DNA of 64,000 nucleotides from contig MU056123.1 in NCBI GenBank assembly GCA_013239625.1, positions 1,302,001 through 1,366,000 on the forward strand, in the 5' to 3' direction. Below the pieces are notes generated by a model, which saw only the letters and a program-made list of their open reading frames with translations, did not search any database and was not told where the DNA came from. This DNA is from Lama guanicoe. Taxonomy: Eukaryota. Shown in pieces: positions 1-14,165 of the stretch. Position numbers and translations under genes: made by a program. How positions within the stretch are numbered: the first letter of the stretch is position 1; each line of letters starts with the position of its first letter.

Positions 1-300
1 GGGGAGAGAAGCACAGAGGAGACAAAGGGACAGAGGGAGGATAGAGAAGGGAAGATGGAAGAGTTGGGGAGGGATGGAGTGATGGAGGTGGGAGAGGATA
101 GACAGAAGGAAAAAGGGAGCGGCAGAGGGAGGGGCAGTGACAGAGGAGGAGAGGGAGGCACAAAGGGGATAAAGGGACAGAGGACAGAAGGAACAGAGAG
201 AAGGAAGTGGAGGGGCAGGAGAGATGGAGTGATGAAGGGAGACAGAGAGGGGTAAATGGAAGGACAGAGGGAGAGACAGGCTGATGGAGATGCAGAAGTA
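1..300. repeat. GA-rich purine low-complexity tract
   Basis: Almost only G/A with scattered C/T (GGAGAGAGAAG/GACAGAGG units). Confidence 0.7.
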
Positions 301-305
301 GAAAG

Positions 306-356
306 TCATTCATTCATTCACTCACTCACTCACTCACTCATTCATTCATTCATTCC
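306..356. repeat. Compound (TCAT)n(TCAC)n microsatellite
   Basis: tcattcattcattcactcactcactcactcactcattcattcattc seen directly. Confidence 0.9.
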
Positions 357-433
357 CAGGCAGACGGACTGTGACAGGATGGGGCAGAGGGATGATCTGT
401 CGAGCTGTTGGGGCCAGGACCAGAGCCTCCTAC

Positions 434-520
434 CTGTTGCTGCTCAGGGCTGGGATGGCGGGCCAGTGGCAGAGGCTGGGAGGCAGCGTCTGGGTCCCCC
501 GCAGCCCCGCCCCGCTCCCT
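434..520 (-). other. GNG8: Candidate non-coding 5' exon/promoter of the neighbouring gene (GNG8 by synteny)
   Basis: Minus-strand donor CAG|GTAGGA at 434/433 and GC box ccccgcccc near 505. GNG8 lies downstream of DACT3 on the same strand in human. No GNG8 coding sequence is in the window. Confidence 0.35.
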
Positions 521-599
521 CTCCCGGGGCACAGCCCCTGAGGACCCGCCTCCTCCTGCCACTGCCACCACCATCTCCATCACCCTGACCGCCTCAGGT

Positions 600-1960
600 C
601 TGTCTAGGTCCTCTCGTCATGTCTGTCTGTCCCCCTTTGTCTTTCTGTTTCTGTGTCTCTCTACTTGTGTCTATGTCACTCCTGTTCTCTGTGTCTCTCT
701 CCTTTCCTCTAGCTCTCTCGGTCTCCCCTCTCAATCTCTGTCTCTGTCTATATCTCTGTCTCTCACTCTCTCACACACACATATACTCACATACACTCAA
801 AGTCTCTAAAGATGTGCCCCATGCTCTGCTGTATTTATTCCACAGTGACATAAATCTCTGTGTGTCCCACACAGTCTCTCACTCCATGACATGCCCTATC
901 ACCCTGTCACACCCACCGCCTCACTGTCACCCCATCACAAATGACCCTCTCAGCACACAGACTCACCCTCACAGTCCCTTGCACAGAGAAGCACCAAATC
1001 TCGCTGTGTCACCCTATGCTGCCACACTGTTTTCTGAACCACCTGTGTTTAACACAACCTCCCACAGCACCAGAGTCACACGGTCTCTCAAAATGCCACA
1101 CAGTCCCTCACAGTCTCTCCGAGTGTGGCCCATCATCACCCACGACATCTCACACAACCAGACAGACTGTCTCTGAGTGTCAAGCGTACAAACACAGTTC
1201 TGCACAGTGTCGAACACAGATCTCATGGTGTCTTGCCGAGCTCACATCATCTGTATCACCCACCACTGTCACCGTCACACCACAACATTCCAGTGTTACA
1301 CACTACTTACTTACTCCGGGTGCTCTGGACAGTTGCACACTCTCACGCACTGTCATGACCTTGGGTCAGTCTCTCAATGTCCCATGTGATCTGTATTACA
1401 CACACTCAGCTTCTTACCCATCATCAGTGTGACGGACATATCCTGTCTCACACTCACAAGGTCACTCTGTCACTCCCAGTCCTCCCCCCGCCCCGGGCCT
1501 CTCACACCTCCTTCTCATGCCATTTCTTGGTGGATCACACCCATTCATTCTCACCCTCGCTCACACATCATCTGCCCATGTGACACGCATAACTCTCCTG
1601 GTCTCGCCATGTCACACACTGTCAAACACAACCTCTCACCCACACATAGTCTCTCGCAAACAGCCCCCCAAATAGTGTCTCAGGCACACCCAACCTCACG
1701 GTGTCACATGCAGTCGCCTACAGGTCATCTGTCATTTCACATACACAGTCATACACAACCTCTTGGTGTTACATTTCACACAGTTGCACCCAGTTTCTGG
1801 TTGTCACATAAAATCTCACAAGGTCACACAGTCACACGCAACCTTTAGCGTCACGCGCGATATCGCAGTAGTACACACTCACATAGTGAGTCTCGGCGTC
1901 ACACCATCTCCTAGTGTCACCCATGGACACCCACAGTGTCTGCAATAGCTACGCACACAC
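600..1960. repeat. Degenerate CT/CA-rich (GTCACAC-like) low-complexity tract
   Basis: Recurring tgtcacac/ctcacac/acagtc words over about 1.3 kb; gives spurious His/Thr/Ser-rich ORFs. Confidence 0.65.
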
Positions 1961-2389
1961 TCAGCCCACTGTCCTCTCCTGACAGTCCTCTGCCGGCCAC
2001 ACGGGGGTGCCCGTGGTCCGCCAAGCCGCCCACCCAGTCGGCTCCAAAGTCGTAGGAGGAGGTGGAAAACAGGAGGGCAAGGCTCCCCCGTGGTGGGGAT
2101 GCAGACTAGGGAAAGACACGGAAGATGAAATGGGACACAAAAATCAGAGACACGAGGAGGGAGACTCAGGGAGAGACTGAGCGAGGCAGAGAGAGAGATA
2201 GGGACACAGGCGGCAATTTGGAGAGATAGCGACCTAGGGACTAAAAGAGGCCGAAACAGGCAGACGGTTGCAGAGAGAGACAGGGACATAATGACATGTA
2301 GGTACAGGAGAGACACACAGACAGAAAAGTACAGAGTCAGAGAGAGGGAACGAGAAACACAAACACTCAGAGACACAGAGCCGGGTGGA

Positions 2390-3160
2390 GAGACAGACAC
2401 CGCAGACCGCGCCCTCTGCCGGGGACCCGACGGCGGAGGCGGGTCCTGCAGAGGCGGGTCCCGCAGAGGCGGGTCCCAGGGGCGTGAGCTCGGGGCGGCC
2501 AAAGGGGCGTGGTGGCTCGGGGCGGAGCTTAGGGGGGCGTGTCGGGCGGGTTGCTAGGGGAGTGGCATGGGCAGGGCTTGCCGTGAGGGGCGGGTCTTGG
2601 GACTCTCAGAACCTCGCCACATGAGAGGGCTGCGGGAGGGGCGGAGCACGAGCCCTGGGAAGAAGACGAAGTGGAGAGAGGAGCATCTCTACCGCAGTCA
2701 GCCCATCCCAATTCGGTTTTTACCGCCTGGACAGGGAAACAAGACACCGGCCTGGGTCCCTGGTCGCGATTTGATGGGGCATATCGGACCCTGGCTCCCC
2801 TTCCCCCTATCCGGCGGGAACCACTGGGCCAGGTGGGGGAGGGAAACCAGGCTCACATCTGGAAAGCATCAGGCGAGCCGGACGTGCCAGGGCCCGGGGC
2901 CCGGCTGCGGAAGAGCAGAGGGGAGCTAGGGCGCCCCCGTCCCCCTCCCTTAGCGGGGTCGGCCGGCGCCGGGGAGGGGCCTGGGCGTACGCCGAACCTC
3001 GGCGCCTCCCGCAGCTGGTTTCCATCAGCAGTTTTGGCGCAGGCAGCCCCCAAGGAGGAAACACAGCTTAGAGCGGGGGAAGACAGGGTGACGACCCAAT
3101 CGCCCCTCCCTCTCTGACGGCTGCCAGAGTCTGGGGGCGGGGGAGATGGACAGGCGGACA
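2390..3160. promoter_or_regulatory. CpG island with multiple GC boxes (probable upstream GNG8 promoter)
   Basis: High CpG density, many GGGGCG(G/T)G boxes, 15-bp GAGGCGGGTCCYGCA repeat x3 at 2436-2480. Confidence 0.55.
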
Positions 3161-3379
3161 CTGCTTGCACCCAGAGTAACCTCCATTTCTCTTCTGAGTT
3201 GCGGATCTCAGCCGTCTTTCTACCCTAGCATAACCTTAGTCTCCGGATGTTCAATCCTGCCCTGTGCTGCGCAGGAATCCACTAGCCTCATGGTGATGGT
3301 CCCCATTGATTCAGTTCTGACTTTAATTATTCAAGAAACGTCCAATGAGCGCCAACAATAATTCTAGAACGGAATACCC

Positions 3380-3770
3380 AATCTCTACTGGACATTTCCA
3401 CATCAATGTCTGGCGTATCTCAAAGTCAGTGGTCCAAAACTGAGCCCCTGTTTGCACCCACCAAACCCACTCCTACCGCAGTCTCCTTACCACTCCATCT
3501 CAGTTGATAGTAAATCTTTGGGGTCAATCTTGCCTCCTTCTACCTTTCTCATACCCCACAATTGATCTAGCAACAAATCCCATTTACTCCATCTTCAGAG
3601 TCTGTCCACAATCCAGCCACTTCTCACTTCCCCTGCCGCCCCCACTCTGGTCCAGGCATCATGCTCTCCAGCTCGGACTATTACAGTCGTTTCTCACTAG
3701 GTTTCCAGCTTCTACCTCTGTCTCCCTCAGCCTATTCCCCACAGAACAGCCAGAGGGAGATTGTTTAAAA
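3380..3770. mobile_element. L2 LINE fragment (continues about 6720-7190)
   Basis: Typical L2 3' region wording (ctggacatttccac...ctcaaa...cagccagaggga), interrupted by L1s. Confidence 0.55.
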
Positions 3771-3779
3771 CAAAGTCCC

Positions 3780-4400
3780 CGGGTAATAATAGTAAGTGTT
3801 AGCGAGAAGGTGGAGAAACCGGAACCCTCATACACTGCTGATGGAAGTGTTAAATGGTGCTGCCACTTTAGAAAACAGTCTGGTAGCTCCTCAAAAGATT
3901 AAACTGAGTTACCAGATGACCCAGCAATTCCACTCTTAAGTATCTACCTAAGAGGAAAACAACAACAACAACAACAACAACAAATGTTCACACAAAACCT
4001 TGTAAGTGAATTTTCACAGCAGCAGCATTATTCGCAATAGCACCAAAGTGGAAACAACCCAATTGTCCATCAGCTGATGAATGGATAAACTTAATGTGGT
4101 CTATCCAAACAGTGGAATAGCATTTGGCAGTAAAAAGAAANNNNNNNNNNNNNNNNNNNNNNNNNNNNNNNNNNNNNNNNNNNNNNNNNNNNNNNNNNNN
4201 NNNNNNNNNNNNNNNNNNNNNNNNNNNNNNNNNNNNNNNNNNNNNNNNNNNNNNNNNNNNNNNNNNNNNNNNNNNNNNNNNNNNNNNNNNNNNNNNNNNN
4301 NNNNNNNNNTGACAGGTAAGGGGTGCAGAGTTTCTACTTGGAGTGATAGAAACGTTCTGAAATTTACTGTAGTGATAGTATAGTCACATTGATAATACAC
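3780..4400 (+). mobile_element. Old L1 (L1MB/ME-like) 3' region, resumes about 6620-6686
   Basis: ggaaccctcatacactgctgatgg, gacccagcaattccactc, tggaaacaacccaattgtcc; tail gtgaattttatggta...tcaatagagctgtt after the nested inserts. Confidence 0.7.
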
Positions 4401-4404
4401 TGAT

Positions 4405-4515
4405 GGGTGGGAGGGTATACCTCAGTGGTAGAGTGCATGCCTAGCAAGTACGAGGTCCTTGGTTCAATCCTCAGCACCTCCTTTAAATAAATAAGTACAA
4501 CCTAATTACCCCCCA
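4405..4515 (+). mobile_element. tRNA-derived SINE (camelid Vic-1-like)
   Basis: A box ctcagtggtagag, B box ggttcaatcc, tail taaataaat...cctaattaccccc. Confidence 0.8.
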
Positions 4516-6612
<2,097 letters not shown>

Positions 6613-8401
6613 AACAAAAGTCATTGAACTGTATGTTTTGTTTGGGTGAATTTTATGGTAGGGAATTATATTTCAATAGAGCTGTTAACCCCCTCATCCT
6701 CCCAAAACACCTAAGTCCTTTTTCTGCTCAGAATTCTCCCTAGAAATAAAAACACCTCTCTAGGAGTAAAAATGAAATTCCTCATCATGGCTCACGAGGC
6801 CCCATGTAATGTAGGGGTCCCAACGGCCCTCTGCCCCCATCTCCCCCTCTCTCCCCCTCACTCACTGCTCCAGATATGCTGGCTTCTAGCTATTTTGCCA
6901 ACACATCAGGCACCATTTAGTCCTCAGGGCATTTGCACTAGCTGACCTCTCTACCTGGGGTGTTCTCCCCTATGATATCCACAAGCTTCACTCTCCCACC
7001 TCCTCCAAGTCTCTGTTCAGATGTCACCCAAGCAGTCTTTTTTAACATAACTTCTGTTTATTGTTACTCTAAAGGAAAATGTATGTTTATTCACACACAC
7101 CACCACCCACATCTACCAGAATGGGAGCTCCACAGAGCAGGGACTTTTTTTTCTGTTTTGTTCCTTACTGTAACCCCAGTGCCTTAGTGGGCACTAGAGA
7201 CACAGATGAGTACAGCAGAACTGGTCCCTGCTCCCTCAGAGCTCAAAGGGACAGAGAGGTGGACCCACTCATGTAGACACACAGGTCAAAGCAGCAGTAA
7301 CAAATACCCATTCTTCAGATTGTAGAGTTAGGTGGGGGTTGGGTCCTAGTATGGGCTTCCTCTTGCTGTGTGACCAGGGCAAACAGTAGTCCTTCTCTGA
7401 GTCTCTATTTACCCAACTATGAAGTTAGTATAATGATTGGGCTTCCCCAACAGAAAAATGGGCAAAAGGTGTGAACAGGCAATTACAAGTGGGCCAATAA
7501 GCATCCAAAATGTTGTGTCACCACAAGAAAATAGGGAGAGAGACATGCTAATTAAAACAGAACATTGTTTTCCCCCCTAGATTGGCAAAATGAAAATGAT
7601 TCATAGCATCTGTTGTTTGGTGAAGGGGTGGAAAAATGGGCATCTCAGAAATTGCTGTTGGAAATGTCAGCTGAGGGTAGTCTTAGTGGAAGGAAGTGTG
7701 ACTGTATCAATTAAAAAATTTTTTTAATGATCGTATTATAATGACCAAGCCATTCTATTTCTAGGAGAGGATCCTACAGAAATATATACGTGCACAAAGA
7801 GGCATATACAAGGACATAACTGCAGTAAGGTCTGAAATAGCAAAGGAATTGAAGAGCTGACAGTAGGGTTAGATCATGGGTCTCCCCCATCCCATGGAAT
7901 CTTACACAGCTACTACAGTGAGAGGAAAATATATCATCTAAATTTAGATGAAATGAACAAAGTCCTCAAAGAATTCGACTTAGTAAAATGGACATAAGAA
8001 GAAATAGAAAAGCTAAATAGTAGTAAACCCTCAAAAAAAGTCAATTCTTAATGAAAATTCTTTCCATAAAGAAATCTCCAGGCACAGATACCAACAACAG
8101 AAACTAAAAAACAACATGTACATATAGTTCAAATTATGTAAATATATAGTTTCACATATACAGAGTGTAACTATATGCATATGCATATATATAGTTCTAT
8201 ATATTTATATAGTTACTAAGATTAATATATGTATGCAAACACATGGTAAGAAATGCTACTGAGACCCACCCTGGGATCCGCCATCTGGTTCTGGACACTA
8301 CCATATCCAAAGCAAACAGTAGTTGCTCAATAAATATTAGTCCCAAGGAAAAGCCCATTTGAGTACAGAAGGAGAGTCCACCACATATGTAACACTGTGC
8401 A

Positions 8402-8407
8402 TTTATT
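8402..8407 (-). terminator. DACT3: DACT3 polyadenylation signal AATAAA
   Basis: tttatt on plus strand about 840 nt downstream of the stop codon. Confidence 0.65.
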
Positions 8408-9246
8408 TACAAAGAGGCTAGAGAAACACACAGATTCTGGCCCCCCTGTGCACTGGGGAGTCACCATCGTCATAATAAATACAGTAATTTTAAAAAAAGA
8501 AAAAATACTTAACTGGAACAGCTGAGGGTCATCCTGGGCTCCCCCTACTCCCTCTCACAGTGGGTGCCACGAGATAGAAGCCATCTTACTGCCCCTCTTC
8601 TACCTCCCAATCATCCATAATTGTCCAGGGACGGAGGTGAAAGAGTCTTTCTAGGTGTTACCAACTCCTACTTGACCCTCAGAACCCCAAAGTCAGTGCT
8701 CCTTCCCTTCCCAGGGCACTCCGCAGGCACCATCTGGGTCAGACAGAGTCTTCTACTGCGGTGCCAAGGGGATTTCCTAAGGGTCCAGGGACATGGAAGG
8801 GGGCACTTTGTGAATGAGGAGGGGGGCCATATCTGCGCAAGGAAAGGAGGAATAAGAGGGCTCAGTGAGAGAAATGAAGGGGAAAAAACAGACTAAGTGT
8901 CTAAAAAAACAAAAATGGGGAAATTCAAACTGAATTATCCCTTCTGCATACCATAGTACACCCACAGTACAGATGAAGAAAGTGAGGCCCACAGAGAGGG
9001 TGCTTTCTTGCCCAAGAGCTGCACACCCAGCAGCTGAACTGGGTCAAACAGGGCTCCTCCCCCATTCCTCCCTGTGGTGGAGGGGGAGCCTTTTTAACTA
9101 AGACTGCAGTAGATTGGGCAGTGAGAAAGGGTCTTTGGAAGTAGAGAAAATGGTGGTCTTTGGAAAAGGGAGGTGTAGAAGGGACAGTGATTGAGGGTGT
9201 GGTGGTGCAGAGGCCATGAAGGAGGAGCCCAAGCAAATCTCTAAAC

Positions 9247-10643
9247 TCACACTGTAGTCATGACCTTGAGAGAACCCGAACGGAAACGCAGTATCTTTTT
9301 CTTGAGCGCATGGGAAGCCTTGATCTTCACAAAGACTTTGGCAGGACCCGCGGGCGCCCCTCCACCTGCACCAGCCGCTGGCCCAGAGGCCGCGGTGGCT
9401 GCCACTAGCTGCTGCGGCCACACGAGGCCACCGCTGCCATCAGAGTCGCTGGATGCGGAGCTGAAGGCAGGCGACTCCGCCTCACTGGCGCTCGATTCAC
9501 TCTCCCCGTAGCCGCCTCCGACGCCGCCTGTCGGCCCCCGGCGTCCGAGGGGCCCCAGACGCCCAGCCGAGCACTCCGAGTCGCTGCCTGCGCAGCCGTA
9601 GAGCAGACGGCGCTGAGGAGCTGACGGGGATGGGCCAGGGGCCGGGGCTCGGGCGGCGGGGCCGCGGGGACGGCCTCGGCGCCCATCGGCGGCGTCGATC
9701 TCGGCCGTGGAGCGCCAGCGGCGGCAGGACCCTGCAGCCTGAGCCGCGAGCGTGGGTGCCGGACCACGGCGAGGCCGCGGCGGCCGAGGCTCTTCTCGTT
9801 CAGCTGTGGGGTATTTGGGGGGACCTGGAGGAACCGCGGCGGCGCGGCCTAAAAGGCTGGTCTCAGACTGGGAGCGCGCGGCCTTGCGAGCCCTGGGCGA
9901 GCCTCGGCGGCCTGTGGCCTCGGTCATGCGTCCGCGGCGGCCCGCGGCTCGGGGACGCTCCCGGGGTGGGGACTGCTCCACACTGCGGCCCCGGGTCAGC
10001 GGGGGCGCTTTGCGGCGCGCCGCGCGGCCCGGGAGGCCGCGTGTGGCGGCCTGAGCTCCCGGGATGTACTGCGCCTTCACCAGGCGGCCCTCAACCGGGC
10101 TGTCGGGGGGTGAGGGGATAGCGGGCGGCGCGGCGGGCTCGGGGGCCACCTCCGACTCCCACGGCGAGGCCCAAGAGCGGCCCAAAGGGGCCGGGCTGGC
10201 GGAACGGACCCCCGCGCGCTCCACCGGGGGCTCGGGCGCGGGCCGCGCGCCTCCGGGGGGCGGGGACGCNNNNNNNNNNNNNNNNNNNNNNNNNNNNNNN
10301 NNNNNNNNNNNNNNNNNNNNNNNNNNNNNNNNNNNNNNNNNNNNNNNNNNNNNNNNNNNNNNNNNNNNNNNNNNNNNNNNNNNNNNNNNNNNNNNNNNNN
10401 NNNNNNNNNNNNNNNNNGCGTCCGGCGAGTCCGCGGGAGGACGGCCGCACGGCCGCGGGCTGCGCAGCGCCACGGCGTGCAAGGGGCTGGGCGTCAGGAA
10501 TGGCCCCGCACGGGCCCGTCGCTCCGCCGAGGAGCAGGCCTCCGGGCCCGCAGACCCCGCTGCCGTTGGGTAGGGCGCAGAGAAGGACCGCGGCACAGCT
10601 GCCCGAGCGCCCACCGCTTCGTGTGCGCTGGGACTGGCGTCTC
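9247..10643 (-). CDS. DACT3: DACT3 exon 4 (partly N-masked 10270-10417)
   Basis: Acceptor cctag|GA; [21 protein letters not shown] motifs and PDZ-binding C-terminus MTTV; TGA at 9247-9249. Confidence 0.95.
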
Positions 10644-11586
10644 CTAGGGGAGGAAGGCAAAAAAAGGAAGAGAGTGGAGAGGCTCTCAAAGCCCTTCCTC
10701 AATGAGCCTAGGAAGGGCAGACTGCCTACCGCCTCCTCTACTCTTCCACTCCCATCAAAACCCTGCTCTCACCCCTTCCCTCATACCAGGTTCATGACAG
10801 AACATCACAGTGGCCCACAAGACCCTGCATGGTCCTTCCTGCCTCTGCGTCTCTGACCTCCAACTCTAACCCTTCTCCTCTATGTTCATAGGTCTCTAGC
10901 TACACCGACCTCCCGATGCACAAGGCAGTCACACTCCAGCCTCAGGGCCTTTGAACTTGCGGTTCTCATTGCTTGGACCGCTCTTCCCTCAGGATACCTG
11001 CTTGGCCCACTCCCTTACCTGCTTCAGAGCACCACTCAAATGTTACAGTCTCAGTGACGCCCTCCCTGGCCGGATTTTATAAAAGTGCAATTCTCTCTCC
11101 AACTCAAAGGGACACACCCTTATCCCTTTTTCTAATTTTCTTTTCATGGTACATGTCGGTATCTAATATCCTATATATTTTACTTACTTATCTTGTATAT
11201 TATCTATTTCTCCCGCTAGAATGTCAGCTTCCTGAAGTCAGGGATTTCTTTACTGCTGTATCTCTCTCTCTAGGATATGTGCTAGGATAGCACATGGAAG
11301 GGACTAAGAAACAGCAACTTCTGTTTACTGAATGGCTACCATATGCCAAGTTCAGTGCCTTAGGGCAGAGTCAAAACTTACCTATGAAGTAAGTGCTGTT
11401 ATTAATTCCATTTTAATAGACACAGAAACAAAAGCCCAAAAAGAAGCAACATGCTCAAAATCACAGAAAAAGGGACTGTCACAGCCAGAATTCGAATCCA
11501 GGTCGGTCTGACTCAGCTGCTTGTGCTCAAAAGATCCTCTTACTGTCCATCCCCTGGCTCTCGGGGTCCAACCCCACCCACCTTAC

Positions 11587-11739
11587 CTAGGGACTTGGGC
11601 CTCTCGCTGGCATAGATGCCCCGGGGTTCAGAGGGACCCAAGCGTCCATAGGAGCCAGATCCGGAGAAGCCACTGTCCCCACAGAAGGTCGAGGGTGGTG
11701 AGTCTGGACCTCCTGTAGAGCTGGGGTCTTCATAGAAGC
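11587..11739 (-). CDS. DACT3: DACT3 exon 3
   Basis: GFYEDPSSTGGPDSPPSTFCGDSGFSGS...RPKSL; tag|GC and G|gtaag. Confidence 0.93.
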   Translation of the reverse strand, partial: ASMKTPALQEVQTHHPRPSVGTVASPDLAPMDAWVPLNPGASMPARGPSP

Positions 11740-11905
11740 CTAGATTCCAAAGAAAGGGGGAGAGACAATCAGAGGGGCCTGTAAGGGGAAACCAAGTGTG
11801 GGGAAAGGAGATCAAGAGGCAGAGAGAGGAGAGCCTGAGACACAGGAGACAGTGGGAAAAATTGGGATGTCCCAGGCAGACCCCACTACCTGTAACCACG
11901 CTCAC

Positions 11906-12002
11906 CTGAGCTGCGCCCGCTCTCCTGTTCCAGGCCTCCAGACTCCAGGCTCAGGTCTCCCAGCTGCTGGCCCAGGTCCCAGATGAGCCCCGGCAAGGCC
12001 TC
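11906..12002 (-). CDS. DACT3: DACT3 exon 2
   Basis: EALPGLIWDLGQQLGDLSLESGGLEQESGRSS; cag|GAG and G|gtgag. Confidence 0.93.
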
Positions 12003-13143
12003 CTGAGGAGATGGGGAGAGCAAGATGGTCAGAAGACACCTCCCCACCCCTACCCAGTCATCTGCCAACTGGTCCCTTATTCTAGGAGTTCATGGGCAGA
12101 GCTTTGCTTTGACAGTGAGGTTCTGATTTTGAAAAGGTAAAAGCAGTACCCTAGTACTGCTTCCAGGATGTGACTCAAGTCCTCTGTTCCCTCACCCTTT
12201 AGAAAGTCCTTCTGGCTGTCTAACTCCAGTCCCTCGTGCTGCAGCCACCTCATTCCCTCTTAGGTGTGAGCGATAAGGCTTCGGAAGGCCCTATCCCTTG
12301 TTCTCTCCCCATCAGCTGTTCCCTCCATCTGGTGCTCATGGCCTCATAACCCCTATGAGAATGTCCTGCTTTAAGTGTCACTTCAGGTCTTCTTGCTGTA
12401 AGGGCAGTTCACTGCTAAAAATTGGTGTTCAGGACTAGCAGATCTCTTAGCCATCCATTGGTCTGCCTTCTCCTGGTCCTTGGTTCTCCCTTCGCAGATA
12501 CTCCCATCTCTCCCCTCTGCCCCTTATCATCAAGGGAAGGTCCTTTTGCAAATATCCCACAAGTCTTTCCTGCTACAGACTGACTCTTTCCCTCATTTGG
12601 ATAAAATAGGCTGACCATAACTCATATAAGTCTTTGTTCCTCCTCTCAAAGAAAGAATCCCCTGGTGCCTACTGGAAAGTCCTTCTTTGAGTCTAGCCTT
12701 AGTGGTACTGCAGCAGCGAGCCCCAGGAGGTTCCTTTGCCCCAAGCAGGGATCACATCCTCCTCCTGCCCTTGCTCCATTCCCACCCAGAAGTCCCCAGC
12801 GTCTGCCACAGCCCCTCTTTCCCATAAGAAATTTCTCTTGAGTCTACACTGGATCCTTCTTGCTGCAGGAAAAGACCATTTCCTATCAGGTGTGAATAAA
12901 TGAGGGTGAAAACCCTTTAAGGGGAGTGGCTGGTGGTGGGAGTAGGGGCTGAAACAAGATGGGGTCTCCAAGACACTAGGACTTGGATCCTAGTCTCACA
13001 TGGATCTGGGTGAGGCCAGAGGTGGCGGCAGCCTCAGGCTGACGGTTGACCCTCAGACAAAAGCGGCTTGTCTGGACGGCAGGCGGCGAGAGGGAGGGAA
13101 GGGAGGAAGGGGGAGGGGCTGAGAGGGCAGACGCCCAGCCTTG

Positions 13144-13153
13144 CCTATTTAGG
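13144..13153. promoter_or_regulatory. CArG box (SRF site) in DACT3 intron 1
   Basis: CCTATTTAGG = CC(A/T)6GG in a GC-rich non-repeat segment; MCAT GGAATG near 13373. Confidence 0.45.
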
Positions 13154-14024
13154 GCAGAAAGACTGGCCGGCTCCCCCGCAGACACTCCCCCTACCCTCAG
13201 CTTCCTACTCCCGTGGCTGCTCTCCTGAGCTCCAGTCCTCACCCCTCCCCCCAGAACAGAAGCCCCCATCTGGGCTTGTTTATGGGAGGAAAGTCAACAA
13301 ATTCTCCACCCTGAGCGCCTGCCCTGGGTCTACAGAGATGCTCAGGGTGGTTTCATCTTTGAGCAGAGCCCAGGAATGCAGCCAAACTGCAGCATCAGAG
13401 GTGGCTAAAAAACATCAAGGGTCACCCATATACCCCACGTCCTGTCCCCCACTAATCCGTGCCCTTGCTCTGCTTTAGCCACATTAGTCTCCTGGCTGTT
13501 TGCTGTTTCCTGAACCTTCCGCGCATGCTCCTTCCTCTGTAGGATGTTTCCCGGCATATCCTCTTGGCTCACTCCCTTGCTTCATTCAGATCTTTACATG
13601 CTCCCTTCCCTGACCATTCTTTCCAAAATAGCTCTCGATCATTCTGCACTTGGGTTGCCCCGCTTTCTTCCTTACATAGCAGTAATGACCTCCTGACTTA
13701 AAAGGACCTATCAGGCTGTCATTTATTTATTATCTTTCTCACTAGAATGTCAGCTCCAGCCCCAGAAGGGCAGAGATTTTTGTCTGTTTTGTACATGGCT
13801 GTGCCATCCCTTACCCCCACCCCCACCCCACCCCAGTGCCTAGAAAAGCACCTCGCACAAAGTAGGTGTTCAGGAAGTGTCTGAGGAAGGAAGGAAGGAA
13901 TACAGTAGAATACAATACAGCGGTTAAAATGGAGTGAGGCAATTTCTATATAGAACCATCACCAAGATATATCGCCAAGTGGAAAAAGAAAAATGCCAAA
14001 TGTGTAAGGGTGAGTCAGGACTAC

Positions 14025-14165
14025 CTGGGGGCCGCGTTAAAACCTAAATTACTGGGTCCGGCCTCCAGAGCTTCTGATTCCAGGTAGGAGCCTGAGAATT
14101 TGCATTTCTAACAAGTTCCCATGAGATGCTGCTAATCCAGTGGGTCACAATTTGAGAACCACTGC
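14025..14165. mobile_element. MER5A-like hAT DNA transposon fragment
   Basis: ttctgattc...gagaatttgcatttctaacaagttccc...tttgagaaccactg. Confidence 0.65.

Noticed and set aside
408-2502. Overlapping 100-200 aa ORFs rich in S/L/H/T/C
   Set aside because: Products of CT/CA low-complexity sequence; no domain or splice structure
9260-10856. Plus-strand and alternative-frame ORFs over DACT3 exon 4
   Set aside because: Expected shadows of very GC-rich coding DNA with few stop codons
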